Origin: Nemertoderma westbladi
Lineage: Eukaryota; Animalia; Xenacoelomorpha
Assembly: GCA_032718475.1 (NCBI GenBank)
Contig: JAUCBJ010005653.1
Coordinates: 6,447-70,446 of the forward strand
DNA: 64,000 bases
Direction: 5' to 3'
Shown: positions 14,171 through 27,722 of the stretch, piece by piece
How positions within the stretch are numbered: position 1 is the first letter of the stretch
How the letters are laid out: each line of letters starts with the position of its first letter
The notes under the pieces: generated by a model
Told to the model about the DNA's origin: nothing
Databases searched by the model: none
What the model saw: only the letters and a program-made list of their open reading frames with translations
Position numbers and translations under genes: made by a program

Positions 14171-15149
14171 GGCCCCGATAGCGCTACATGGACATAATTT
14201 TTATATTGCCTTGTTCGAGCAACTTCTCATTGTCAGAAAAGACCATAACTTTGTATGAAGGTCAATGGAAGATTTGTAATTATGAATAAAAATAAAAAAT
14301 TCAAATTTTTCAAAGATTTGGAAAAATATTGACAAATATTGACAAATTTTTGGACAAAAATCCAAAAACCTTCAGCAGATTCAATCATGAGTATTTTTCT
14401 TTCTAATTTTTCAAATCGCATCAAAAATTTATGCTCTTTCGATATCTCGAAGCAAAATTTCGAAAATTAATTAACAATTGACATTTTGGTGCTATTTTTT
14501 GTTTTGTTTATTGTTTAATTTTGACGAATTGAAAATTATCAATATTTTATTCAATTTTGGCCATTTATTTCCATAATGGAATAAAACAATCAGAATTCGA
14601 GATCGAGATATCGGAAGTGAGCACATCAGAGAACGCCTCTGAGCAAAATTTTTGAAAATTTATTGAAAATTGAATTGTCTGAAGCTCTTAATAGGCCAAA
14701 AAATACCATTCCGAGATAATTGCCTTCAAAATTTGAACCTTCCCGCGCAAAAATTATCTGTTAATATGTGAGAAAGTCTATCAATATATATTACATTACA
14801 TATATTACAAGAAAGCATAAAACCATGCTAAGAATTTTGCTATGGGGTTTTTCCTGGTCGCTGATTTCATTTCTGAGGTCAGTTTTCAATTTTAATGAAA
14901 TCTGGATCTAGTTTGTCTGTATGTCTGTCTGTCGGTCTTTCTGACCATCCGACTATCTGTCTGTCAAATATTAGAAAAAGGCACAGCATTGATCTAAAAC
15001 TTTAGCTATAGGGGTTTTCCTGGTCGCAGAATTCATTTCGAGTGTCAATTTTAACATTTGATGACTTCCAAATTGTCTGTTTGGCTGTCAGACTGTCGGT
15101 TATATTTTGACACACAGACTGACAGGCATACAGACAGAACCGACGAGGA

Positions 15150-15986
15150 ATTTTTTGGACATATCGTATGTTTTACGATATCTCGAGAAGTAGGACAGAT
15201 CTTGAAACATTTTGGTGCTAGCACCAAATTGCGTACCCATCACCAAAAAGTACAAGTTTGAGATGTCCAGTGCTGTTTTTATTGATTCCATCGGATTAAA
15301 GACCCTCAAAAACCCGTATAACGCAAGAAACCAAATGATACTATATATTGATCAATTTGCTTATTTTCAAAGATTTGGTGCTGGCACAAAAATTTTCACC
15401 CACCGCCGAAAAATATTAGTTTGAGAACTAACACTTCTGTATTTTTTTACTTATTCCATTGAATTTAGAACCCTCACAAACCAGTATAACGCAAGAAACA
15501 AGGTGACAATCAATTGATATATTTGATGGATTTCAAAATTTGGTGCTACAGTAGTACTAAATTTTGCACCCACTTGCGAAAAATACAAGTTTGAGATGTC
15601 GAGTTAGATAATTATTAATTCCATTGAATTCAGAACCGCCATAAACTTCTACAATGCGAGAAATAAAAAACAAGTTTGAAATTTTTAAATTAATTTATAT
15701 GAATTCCATCTAATAACGAACACCAAAAAACCGGTGTAAATCAAAAACAGAAATGTTACAAATCATATCTCAGGAAATCAAAATAGTGCCAAAAGTAGGG
15801 TTAAAAAATGGTGCTATAACTCGAAAACTTCTCAATATTTTGAAAACAGTTTCCACTATTAGGAAGGCAACAGATTTTTAGGAATTGTCATAAATTTCTC
15901 AACTGCGTTTGTTTCAGAGGTATAACAAAAAAAGCACGGGAGGGTCATATTGACCCCCCCCCCCCCCCCCGGGGGGTTTAATAGGG
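15150..15986. mobile_element. Second, inverted copy of the piggyBac-like MITE family (left boundary uncertain, possibly ~14180)
   Basis: Reverse complement of ~17976-18900; ends taataggg|ttaa. Confidence 0.8.
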
Positions 15987-16684
15987 TTAACAAAAAGACA
16001 TCGCAACGATACGGCTATCTATTCTTTCTATCTATCCTATACGCTATCTATCCTACCAAATTGATAGGAGGCACAGATCCATTTACTTATATTTTTGTAA
16101 TTATCATTTTATGGGATTATCTTGTGAATTCCTAATATATTTAAAAAATATATTAAATGCAAGAGAACGCATTATTATGCCTCTTCTATAGAGGCGCAGG
16201 TGTTGCAAATGGTACAAAGCTCTTAAATTACCAGCTGATATGTATAGCGCGGGAATTCAAATCTTAAGATATTCAAAAACTTTAGCAGGATTATATTTCG
16301 CTGCGGTTAAAATATGTAACTCAATTATTCAAGAATCGAAATCTGAATTGGATATTTAATCGCCATTTTTAAACAATAATGTATTCTCCATTACATAAGC
16401 TATCGAAGTAGGTGGCCATTATAATTATGATACCCCTGATAATTCAGAAGATCTGTAGTGTGCACTGCATGCAGGGGGGCTGGCAGTAACATTACCAACT
16501 AGGCAACACGTGTGTAAATTTATGTCAATCAAATCCAGAACATCTCTATAACTTTCTGAAAATCATCTACCATATAATTATTGCTATTCTTATCAATTTA
16601 TTATAGTTATATAAGTTATTATGAGATGGTAGATAGTTTTATTGATTGATATTAATTAAACTTGAATTCGCACTAGACCAACCT

Positions 16685-17065
16685 GCCGCTTGGTCTAGTA
16701 GTGGTGACGTTCCTGAGTTTCTAATCACGAGGCACTGGTTCGATCTCTAGATGGGGCAGCACTATTTTGACACAGTGCTTTAAATGCTGCAGCCTAGCCC
16801 AACCCTGGCTTTCATCCTAACTAATATTAACAAACTAATAAGCATTTAACTAATAATAATGTGGTGGGGGAGTTTGATATTTTTCAGGTGACACAAAATT
16901 AAAGTCTGGTAAAGGCCTGTAGGCCGAAATATTTGGTATAATTTTAATTTTGTGTCACCTGAAAAATATCAAACTCCCCCACCACATTATGATTACCCCG
17001 GTGACCTGGGCACGGAACTACCGTATTAATTCATCCTTAACTGGTCGATAAATGGGAACCAAGCC
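16685..17065 (+). mobile_element. Decayed tRNA-derived SINE interrupted by a 135-bp hairpin element
   Basis: A-box tggtctagtagtgg, B-box ggttcgatc, and ttcatcct...ggtcgataaatg at ~17030-17053. Confidence 0.5.
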
Positions 17066-17975
17066 AACTTTGGAGACCGAGTGGAAGTATGTAAACAGGC
17101 ATTCGTTGGCTTAATGTGCCTAAAAAGATTCTCCCATTAATTAAATATGAATATATACTTAAATAGTAGTATTTAAGAATTATAATTTTTAGTTTTGGTA
17201 ATGCTTGGGCACCTATCAGGGCCGCAATAACCACAATAACCATAATCACAATAACCACTTTCGAAGAGTGATATACAGGGCAAATTGATCGCATGATAAA
17301 TAAAGTTTTGTTTATTGGTTTGGTTAGAAAACAACGCTACTGTAACCTGCTACTTTCCCTTCATGTTTTAAATTAAATTAGTTTTTAAACCCGTTAAACA
17401 AATATTAGGTGGTTGCGGATATTTTGAGCCATTAACTCCCTCCTCCACGACGGCTCCAGGGGGCCAGTCCCCCCCCCCCCCCACATAGCATTCATTTGAG
17501 GGGGGCCATGTCACCCCCCCCCCCCCCCCCCCCCAAGCGGAGCGGAATATAGTATAAGCTGTAACCTAATTATAAAGCGCTTTGTAATGCGAAACTATAA
17601 TTATTCCCCATTTTACTTTAAACAATAATCAACTTTAAACTGCTTGGCAGTATCTCCGAAGGTTTAGGAGAGGGGGATAATAACGATTTTATTCTTATTC
17701 TAAAATTGTTAACGGAATTTCGAATTGCTTCACTTTCATAAACTTTTTGAGTCAAAATTGTTATTTTCGCTGTCAAACACTTACACTTTCTGAAAGAAGT
17801 TCTAATACCAATTTTGTATTTTTTTACATGCGGGTGGGGGATTGTTTGGGTTTGGCCTTGACTCCCATCACCCACCATCCCTTCTCCTCTCCATCTCCCT
17901 ACTCACCTAGTTCCTCCAAATCGAAAGCCAACCAGAAGACCCAGAACTCCTGGATGAAACGGCAACCTTCCTTAA

Positions 17976-19445
17976 CCCTATTAAACCCGGGGGGGGGGGG
18001 AGGGGGTCAATATGACCGCCCGTGGTTTTTTAGTTACAATTCCGAAACAAGCGCAGTTGGGAATCTGAAATTTTATGACTTTTCCTAAAACTCAATCTTT
18101 CTAGTAGTGAAAACTGTTTTCAACAATATTGGGTAGTTTTCGAGTTATAGCACCATTTTTAACCCTACTTTTGGCCCTTTTTTTGAGACGTTTTTTGAAA
18201 ATTACAGTTCATTAAATATGATTTGTAACATCTCTATTTTTGATTTACACCGGTTTTTTAGTGTTAGCAATTGGATGGAATTCATATAAATTGATTTAGA
18301 AATTTCAAACTTTTTTTTTCGGCGGGTGCAAAATTTTGGTGCCAGCACCAAATTTTGAAATATGTCAATTTTGTAAATTGATTGTTTGAAATTTGTTTTA
18401 TACGCAATTGGGGTTTTTTGTGGTTCAGGTTTCGATGGAATATATACGAGTTGCACCAAGCGTATCAAACTTGTATTTTTCGGTGCAGTGTGCAAATTTT
18501 GGTGCTAGCACGAAATTTTGAAAATCCATTCAATGTATAAAATTGCTTGTGATAATTTATTTCTTGCGTTTTAGAGGTTTATGGCTGTTTTGAATTCAAT
18601 GGAATATATAATTATCGAACTAGACATCTCAAACTTGTATTTTTCGGAAGTGGGTGCAAAATGTGGTGCTAGCAAGAGTTTTCAAACTTGGTATTTTTCG
18701 CCGTCGGGTGAAAATTGTTGTGCCAGCACCAAATTTTTTAAAATACGCAAATTTATCCGAAGATAGTATCATCTTGTTTCTTTCGTTATACGGGTTTATG
18801 AGGGTCCTGAATCCGATGGAATCAATAAAAACAGCACTGGACATCGCAAACTTGTAATTTTTGGTGATGGGTACGAAATTTGGTGCTAGCACCAAAATCT
18901 GCCAAATTACGCCGAAAAATACAAGTAGATATGATCTGGCATATTAGAAATGTATTCCATTACAATTAGCGCCCTAGAAAACCTATAAATGTGAATTTAC
19001 AGCATCGTATAAGTGAATAAAAAAATTTGTGTTCTAACTGAAAAGTGCTGGTTACTTGTTTTTTTTTTCATTTTTTTCCTACGCAGAGAGGACTAAACAG
19101 CCATTTATAGTAATCAAATCATTTCTAAATATTTTCGATGTATTTTGCGCCCCAGAAAACCTGTATTGAAATACAATTAGCCGATAAATGTAACTTTCAA
19201 ATTTTGTGAAAATTGTGCACTACTTGTAATTTTGGTGATGCAATATAACCACTCCAGTAAATTTTTTCTAAATTTTTTTTTTCGGTCGTATCCAGACTAG
19301 TGATACCTACGTACAAACAAAAAATCAGACGTTTTCGTAAAAATTTGTAGATTATAGAGGGGGGGGGGGGGGGGGGGGGGTCAATATGACCCCCCCCCCC
19401 CCCCCCGGTATTTGTACAACATTTTATAGCCCGGTACTAATAGGG
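17976..19445. mobile_element. piggyBac-like MITE
   Basis: TTAA|CCCTATTA...TAATAGGG|TTAA ends, subterminal G/C runs and internal ggtgctagcacc repeats. Confidence 0.85.
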
Positions 19446-19506
19446 TTAAGTTATTGTTAACTGCCCCCATGCAGTAACACTCATCATATGCTACCTTTAT
19501 CGGCAA

Positions 19507-20091
19507 CACTGCCATCATCTACGGTACCACTGCCATCATCTACGGTACCACTGCCATCATCTACGGTACCACTGCCATCATCTACGGTACCACTGCCATC
19601 CTCTACGGTACCACTGCCATCATCTACGGTACCACTGCCATCATCTACGGTACCACTGCCATCCTCTACGGTACCACTGCCATCCTCTACGGTACCACTG
19701 CCATCATCTACGGTACCACTGCCATCATCTACGGTACCACTGCCATCATCTACGGTACCACTGCCATCATCTACGGTACCACTGCCATCATCTACGGTAC
19801 CACTGCCATCATCTACGGTACCACTGCCATCCTCTACGGTACCACTGCCATCCTCTACGGTACCACTGCCATCCTCTACGGTACCACTGCCATCATCTAC
19901 GGTACCACTGCCATCATCTACGGTACCACTGCCATCATCTACGGTACCACTGCCATCATCTACGGTACCACTGCCATCATCTACGGTACCACTGCCATCA
20001 TCTACGGTACCACTGCCATCATCTACGGTACCACTGCCATCATCTACGGTACCACTGCCATCATCTACGGTACCACTGCCATCATCTACGG
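19507..20091 (+). repeat. 21-bp minisatellite (cactgccatcatctacggtac), about 28 copies
   Basis: Read directly; only one variable position (a/c). Confidence 0.97.
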
Positions 20092-20455
20092 ACTTACTCT
20101 CAATCTAAATTCAGCATTGCGAGCGTCGCCACAACTCCTGTGAATTGGGATTATGGATTTGTAAGACAGGTGAGGGAGGAACTTCAAATATGTAAGGGAA
20201 GGGAATGGGTGACATTGAATGAATTAATATATCCTGTGTCAGCCACCATTCACGCATAATTATTAACTGTTAATATTTACTAATTAAATTATTGTTATTG
20301 CATGCATTGTGTGTGAAAATTGTTTTCAAAAAAATAGAAGTAGAAAATAGAACCAGAATTTAAAAGTCACATAGAATCTCGGAATCCTAACGTTCGTTTT
20401 TTTTAGAACAGCACTATTAACCAGTACTCAACTCATATAGGAGAACTCTAAGGCC

Positions 20456-20766
20456 AGGCCCGTGCTCCTATGGTAAGACGTAAGTTATCTTTAAGACCTA
20501 AGTTATAATCCATGAGTCGAAAGTAATGATGTCCCATGTTCCATCTTTTGACTTACTGCTTATGACAGGCTGGAGGCCTATGATTGGTTACTTTGGCTAA
20601 TGTGTATTAAATGTCAGGCACATCATATATATTTTAACAAATGACTTTATGTCTTACAACTTACTTACCAGTGGAGCATGGGAGCTGCACTTTTGACATA
20701 CGGACTCGCCAAAATCTGAAAAGGACTTATGACTTGCGACTCACTACTTACCGGGAGCACGAGCCT
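20456..20766. mobile_element. MITE-like element with imperfect TIRs
   Basis: aggcccgtgctcctatggtaag at the left end versus cttaccgggagcacgagcct at the right end. Confidence 0.5.
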
Positions 20767-23700
20767 AAGGATGACTCGAAATCTTCAAATTGAACATACA
20801 CAAGAATGCTGCAGTGTTCATTGTGACAAGTACAAATGCAAGAACCCAAAGTTAACTACATGTAATTGTGTTAGTTGCTGGTGAATACCGATATTTGTTC
20901 GATACTTTTGATACTATAAAGTTTTAAAGTAACCAACCAATTCTAACATCTGCAATTTGGGGAAACTAACATTGCGCAAGACTCCTAATAAGGGGTATTT
21001 AGTATTTTAGTGTGTAAATCTTCCAAGAATTATGGTATAATATTTCTCTGTCTTTAAAAAAAACAAAATTGCTCTTTTAACATTTTAAAAACTTGCTGTG
21101 GCTGTGTATCACACTCATTAATTTAAGAAATGGATTGTGGTAATACGTATTTTAATATATTATTAACTAGCGTCCATAACTCTAGTCTTAATCTTAATTA
21201 CTGTCTAAAAGTTTTGCAAAAGTAGCGTAGCCAAAAAGAGCATTGAATAAGGGGTAACAATAGGAACAAAGACATCAATGCCAACCACGGTGGATGTTCT
21301 TTGTTTATGTTTAAAGCCTACGCTGGTAGAGGGAATCGCAAAAAAGATTTAGGGTAATTAGCCGCTAGATTTATGTTAAAAATGGTGTTTATTTGGTTAA
21401 AAGCGTTTGATGTTTAATTTTTCGGTTGAATTTTTCGCCAATTCCGACGAAACACTTTCGCACGCATGACACGCAGTACCTATGCCAATCGTCAATATGC
21501 AGTATATATAAATCTAGCTATTCGTAAAGTGTGCGCACGCTATAGGTAACAGGTGCTTATGCTTAGCACGGCAATATAGGAAGTACTGTATATTATAATA
21601 ACCACTTCTCCTCAGTATGTGTTTCACTAGAGAGCCTTGTTTCTATAGCATGCATCTACCCTTGGAGTTTTATTAATGTATATCGAATAGAGACGAGAGC
21701 TCAACAAGGCTGCCAGTGCAGCCACTAACTGCACGAAAAATCAATAGCGTTTCTTAGCAGCAAACGGAAGCAGTATGATGTTGCACCCTCCATGAAGAGA
21801 GTGCTCCGTAGATAAAGGCTGTCACACTCCGCTTGGGTTTAACAGTTAGGGCTTTCATAACGCTATGTAACAACACAATTTCAACCTACTAACTTTATTA
21901 CTTTTGGTTTATAAATTTCTATGGGTAGATTTTAAATATATTGCACGTTTAATTTCTTTTCCTTTCTTTGATTTCGGTGCTTCGCCTATTTTAGGCTACT
22001 GCGAAAGGGTCGCTATTTATTTTTTATATCTTTATGAGTAACCAATTATGCTGGTAAGTTTTTATCAACTATTATCTGTCACGTTGTATAGATTTTTAAT
22101 TAAACTATATGGCTACAGTTATGGTTTATATTTTGCTACAGCGCTCATGTATAAGGTTAAAATTAATAGAGATATATAAGCCTATATTGTAAATCCAATA
22201 TAATATAATACGAACATGTTCAATAAGATTTCATGACACATATGTCTTATTTTTATTGAAAAAAGTGTTTCTAATTGAAATACCTTTGTGCCCTGTAAAA
22301 CGGCAGATATCCATTATAGTATTATGATTAGTTAAGCAATAGAACAACAGGTATCCTTTATAGTATGACACCAACCAAGGACATGGTCTGGCCAATATTG
22401 GCACCCCTCATGTGTAAAGCGGTTGACGGTGTTGGTATCAGTAACTTACGGAACACTTTGTAACTGAATTACCTCAGTATTCTAGCCTATGTAATGTATA
22501 CAACAGCGACTGGAGGTTTTGCCAACATATACAAAGATTATTACTCTCATTCGTATTCATCTTGTACTATTTGTACATCCCGGATTATATTAATGACTAT
22601 TGTTCAAAAGACCTGTAGACTTTTACCATTCTATGGATTTAATTATTCATTGAGTATCTCATATCCTGACAAAGTGAAACGTTATTTGGTTTATAATGTA
22701 GTCTGCTATATTTGTTGTCCTGTTCGGTCATGTTCGTGATATTGATCGACAGTATGTCTGTATTCTTTTTCAAGCAATTGTAAATCCATATATAGGCCTA
22801 ATACAATTAAAAAACATAAATAAGTATTAAGTTAGTGAATTTGTGACTTTGTAATGAAATAAATTAAATACAAAACATTTGTTACATTCTACTAAAAATA
22901 TTTCATAACACTTTAATATCTTTCTTTTTTTTTCATAACTTATTTAGTATCCTTTTCCAAATAAATGAATTATTGTTACAATAAATAGGTCTACTATCCA
23001 TTGCTCGACCATCATTAATCAGTATTCCTCTCACTACCAGTAATATACGTACACACTGATCAACGACTATATATCATCAATAATATATATCAGCATATAC
23101 AACAACAACATACATCAACATATATAACGATCAACTATATACATATTACTCAAAACATACCAATATTACCAGGAATCATTATGCCACCACTACAGACTTA
23201 ACATAAGACAGAACACGTTTATCAGTAGATATAACATTGATCACTAATGCATCTTCTACATACCAGTAGACATTCTATATTTGGATGCAATGTGTTATTA
23301 TGGCATGGCACGATACGGAACGACAATGCAAGGCATCAGAATCGAAATTTATTTGTTTGTTGTATATAAAATTAATAAATCGCATCGTCAAATAAGTTTG
23401 TAGGCCTAGGTAAAATGAACTGCTCGTAAAATAATTTCTTAACGTCAGGTTATAGTTATAGACAATTGTTTTTACATGTAGGCTGGGATATTGTTGTAAA
23501 GTTTGTTTGTGAATAAATGATGACAACTTACTCACGAACTGATTCTTTATAACCACAGAAGAATTTAAAAGAAACGATGAGTTTGGATTTGAATCAATAT
23601 GGTTCTTATATTACACTACTGGAGCAAGTAGGTGTAAGTATATTTGGAGAAAAACCTTTGGAAAATAGAAATATGTAGGGAGCGCAATTTTTGAAACATG

Positions 23701-26700
23701 TTTCCAAGAGGTTTGTTTGTGGAGTTGGGAGCTGTTTTTGAGTCTGACCAAATGTAATAGTTTATAGTTAAGGTCTCGTTTGTAAGTGAGCTTTGTACTA
23801 TATTTCATAAACCCTGTGCAGTGCATACAGTTTGCACCCTCGTGTATACTTCAATATTACGATGGTCAACAGGCATTCCTAGTAATTAGTCATCCACCAC
23901 AATAATGCTGAGCTTGTTACGTTGATGGACAGACCATGGCATTTGTTGTAGAGACTAGTATTGTAGAACAGCAGTCAATAGTATTCTACAGATTAATAAT
24001 AATAATATATATACATTTTTTTTAAAACGCCTTTCCAATTTGTTCAAGGCGCAATTATATTGTTTGTGATGGTTGCGTATTAGAATAATAAATATGTTTT
24101 TCATGTTTTCGTTTTCATTTCAATCACAAAATACGTACGGATAGTGTCATGAAATAAAATAAACCCCATAAAATAATAGGTTAGTTTATATTCTGTGTAT
24201 ATGACACGGTTGGTTGATGACGAATCATGTTTCTTACCATCAGAGTAACAGCTAGGAGATGCATTGTGTTGCACATCGGAGCGCATTTAAATTGGTAAAG
24301 TCTTTCGATGATATATGATAATCAATATTCAATATATAATATAACTCAACCTATTGTTTGATATACTTGACATCAGGCAACCTACATTACAGCATAGATT
24401 ATTGTTATATGGAAAAACGTGTTACTAATGCAGACATCAGATACTGCTGGTGTTGGTGTAGCTTCACACCCACAGGATTCACCCACCACCAGTGTTTAGA
24501 GCTGTATGGTTGTGTTGTTACATACATAGCAATGATGCAATTCAATATAGAGGGATTCACCAATTATTCGTTTTGTTATACTTTTATTTAATATACAAAT
24601 TTATATTGATAGGAAATTATCTCCAAAGTTTTGTTACTGAAAGTTGGAAAATTTAATCATTAACAGAGTTTCCTCTGATTTTAGGTCATTGATTGCATGA
24701 GTCAATTTCAAAACGATAAACAAACATATTGGATATATATTAGATTTATATTAATATATATTTTTTTATATTTCTAAAAAAAATCTAAGACGAAATAAGT
24801 AGGTGAATTTCTATTTATTTATATATCACTAATCACCAGGGACCAGGCTACTACTGTGTTACGAACTTACTGTTTGTATGTCTGTTTGTATGCGGTATTT
24901 TCTGTGTATAATGTACCTTTTCTTGTATCTGTTGAAATATAAAACAACAGTCGTAATATTGGAATTGTTTACGTACAGTATATAAACTAGTTTCATAGCA
25001 ACAGCACGAGACAGTAATTAATGAGTAATGGATCTCTACAGATACTATAAATTCCACCACATAAGATACCCCACATAAAACATGCAAGCAAGACATATTG
25101 GCATGATGAAAGACATTCATGATGCCAGAAAGGCTAGTTAAAGGTATGCCCTCCCATAGTATTCCATAGTTTGTTGTTTATCTGCAGCAACCTGTTGTAT
25201 GGTAGGTAAAGTATCCTCACAATGTGAGTGTTTTACCGAGCTACTACAGGTAATTCTTTCAAGAAAGGTGAACTTATTGCGCATTCAGATCTCGTTCCTA
25301 GTAACCTGGTCGTTTTATACAACACAGCTTTGCTACACACATACCGGTACTGGCATTATGAGCTGTCTGTCTTTACGACATCCCCTAAATCTTATCGGAT
25401 TTCGCTCCCCTGCAAGCTAATTCATATAAGTCGCTTTTTCATCAATTACCAGCAGTAATTGTCTTATTGCAATTAATAGCGTTTAATATGTAGAAATCTG
25501 CGGCCCAATAAAGAGATCCAATGTTGATGTCATGGGACAACCGGTAATCCTTGCTCCTCCGATAATTTGAATACTTGGAAATTTTTGTGGAATTAAATTT
25601 TTAATTTTATTGGTTCACAGGTATGTTAGTACAATATAAATCAGTGGAAAGCAATTCTTTTTCGTAGTAATGTTTTTAAAAATGTGTGAATTTATTTAAC
25701 TTTTTCACTAAAGTTTCCCGAAAATTAATTCAATAATTACTTTTTTTCATTAATTTTTCAGAAAATTTGTTAAAAAAAGTAAAAATAAAAAAAAACATTA
25801 ACTAAAGTGGTAACAGATACAACACCATATATAGATACTGTTATTGCTGTTAAAAAAAATTGTAATATTGTTATTAAATTTTAAATTTTTTATATTGCTG
25901 TTTAATTGATAATTTCAAATACGAGCTACAGGTCATAAAATCATAAATATTGCATTCTAAATTCACAATTTTACATCCAATTTGCAACAGCTAATAATAT
26001 ACAATGCCATTGTCCTAGTACGGAAGATCCCGACATTACAACCTGTTCTTGAGATTACTTATATAAAACGATAAAACTGTCACTTATTTCATTACTACAG
26101 TATACGCAGTCGGTATACAATATTGTGCATACTGCAAAGTTCTATGTATAATAATATGTAGGCAAACTCCCCACCACCAGGAGAGCTGCATTCTATATAC
26201 TGACTCCAGTACATTATACACACACACAAGCATCAAACACACAAAGAAACCATTCGGTTACTCCGAGGTAAAGGACGTTGAGTGGATTGTAGTTGACTAG
26301 AGAGTCAGCCTGTTCATTTATAATCATGGTCGCTGGTCCAGGGGGGATGACTTGTGCAGGAAACGTTGTTATACACACCATGCTGTCAGCCATAATTTGG
26401 GAATACAGAAAGCAGGATGGCGACACAGGTGCATCCTACAGGGATCTAGGTAGTCATTGGCTAGTTACTGTAGTAAGTGCAAGAGAACTGTCATCGTAGC
26501 GGAGTTGAACTCTAGCTGTATAAACGTTAACCTTGCATTTACTTTGGACATTTAATAAAATGCACGCTGGTAGATTTATTTTTTAGAAACAAGGTTTGAA
26601 TTAGAAATTAATCCGAAACTACTTAAATCATTAGGTTATGTGCTACGTAGTAAGATAAAGACGCACAACATTTTGAAGGTATTAGGAGGACTTCATCAGT

Positions 26701-26940
26701 ACTTAGCTGAAACTATAACCAAAACAAATTTTTGTCTTAATGTGTGTGCTGTTGAGTGATAATTTAATTTCGTGAAACTGTGAAACCGAAAAAAACTTTC
26801 AGTGAATAACATCTATGTGTGAATAATGAATATTACTCATGCCAATCGTTGAATTATTGTCTTTATTGATGTGTGGGAAGTCATCCTACGGTTGTACATA
26901 GTCCTCAGTTATCCTCTTAAGGAATATGTTGTGCTTTTTT

Positions 26941-26982
26941 ATGGAATCTGAGCAAGGACAACCACAGCCATACTATGTAGAG
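26941..26982 (+). CDS. PTBP1: Candidate first coding exon of PTBP (MESEQGQPQPYYVE); an upstream in-frame ATG lies at 26926
   Basis: ATG followed by 14 codons, ending at a strong phase-0 donor gag|gtaagt that is compatible with the phase-0 exon at 33776. No homology support. Confidence 0.4.
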
Positions 26983-27332
26983 GTAAGTTATATAAAACAT
27001 ATAATCTCACAACTTATTTTTATGGATCTATTATGTTGCTTATTCAAAGGGTTTTAAAATTGGTTATCAAAAAGTTACTGTCGCCCAATTCTTAGCCCAA
27101 TTATATTTCCAATAATACTTCCACTACTTGACACCTATTTTAAAATAACATTAAAATGTAGTTGTTAATATAAAGTAACTGTACCTTGTCTACCTATGGA
27201 TTTTATTTAAACACTTAAATTATCTGACAGCTTTTCTAGAAATTCGATATAATATTTAGTTTTTCTTTATTTTGGTTTTGTTTTATGTAGCGCTTACTAC
27301 TAGGATCGGCATGCTGCATTGCAGCGGCATTT

Positions 27333-27722
27333 TTAAGAAAGCTGTGACGGCTTGCCGACAAAATTGTGCCGCCACAAATCCTTATCACCCATGACATTTA
27401 CTAGATCATCCGCATCTTCAAGGCCAGTGTCCTTTAAGATTCGTCTAAAGAAAGTCATGGGCTGTCCACCATGCTTATTCACTCCATGAGGCTGCCAAAG
27501 TACAAGATTATGCACTGGCTTTTCCTCACTGCGAAAGCAATGTCTTGCAAAGCGGAGGCGGCTTTGATCTAGTATCAGGCTTTTGGGAACCAATGAGACA
27601 CCTCCAATGTTATATAGTGTCTGGTTGGAGATGTGTGCATTGAACTTGACACAATGAACCCGGCGTATAATTCCTGTGAATGTGCCATCCATCTCAGCAG
27701 TTAGAGCCCAGCATGGACTCCC
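27333..27722 (-). mobile_element. 3' fragment of the same RTE-like LINE family as 13105-14170
   Basis: Near-identical DNA to 13105-13280 (NAHISNQTLYNIGGVSLVP...RLRF..HC). Confidence 0.85.

Noticed and set aside
16685-16760. Functional tRNA gene
   Set aside because: A and B boxes are present but the cloverleaf is poor, and a SINE-type domain follows.
15058-18895. Similar short ORFs (MVLAPN..., MRVxNPMESIK...) suggesting a gene family
   Set aside because: They are translations of two copies of a non-coding MITE.
19488-20108. 206-aa mucin-like PLPSSTV ORF
   Set aside because: A by-product of a stop-free 21-bp minisatellite; no signal peptide or supporting exons.
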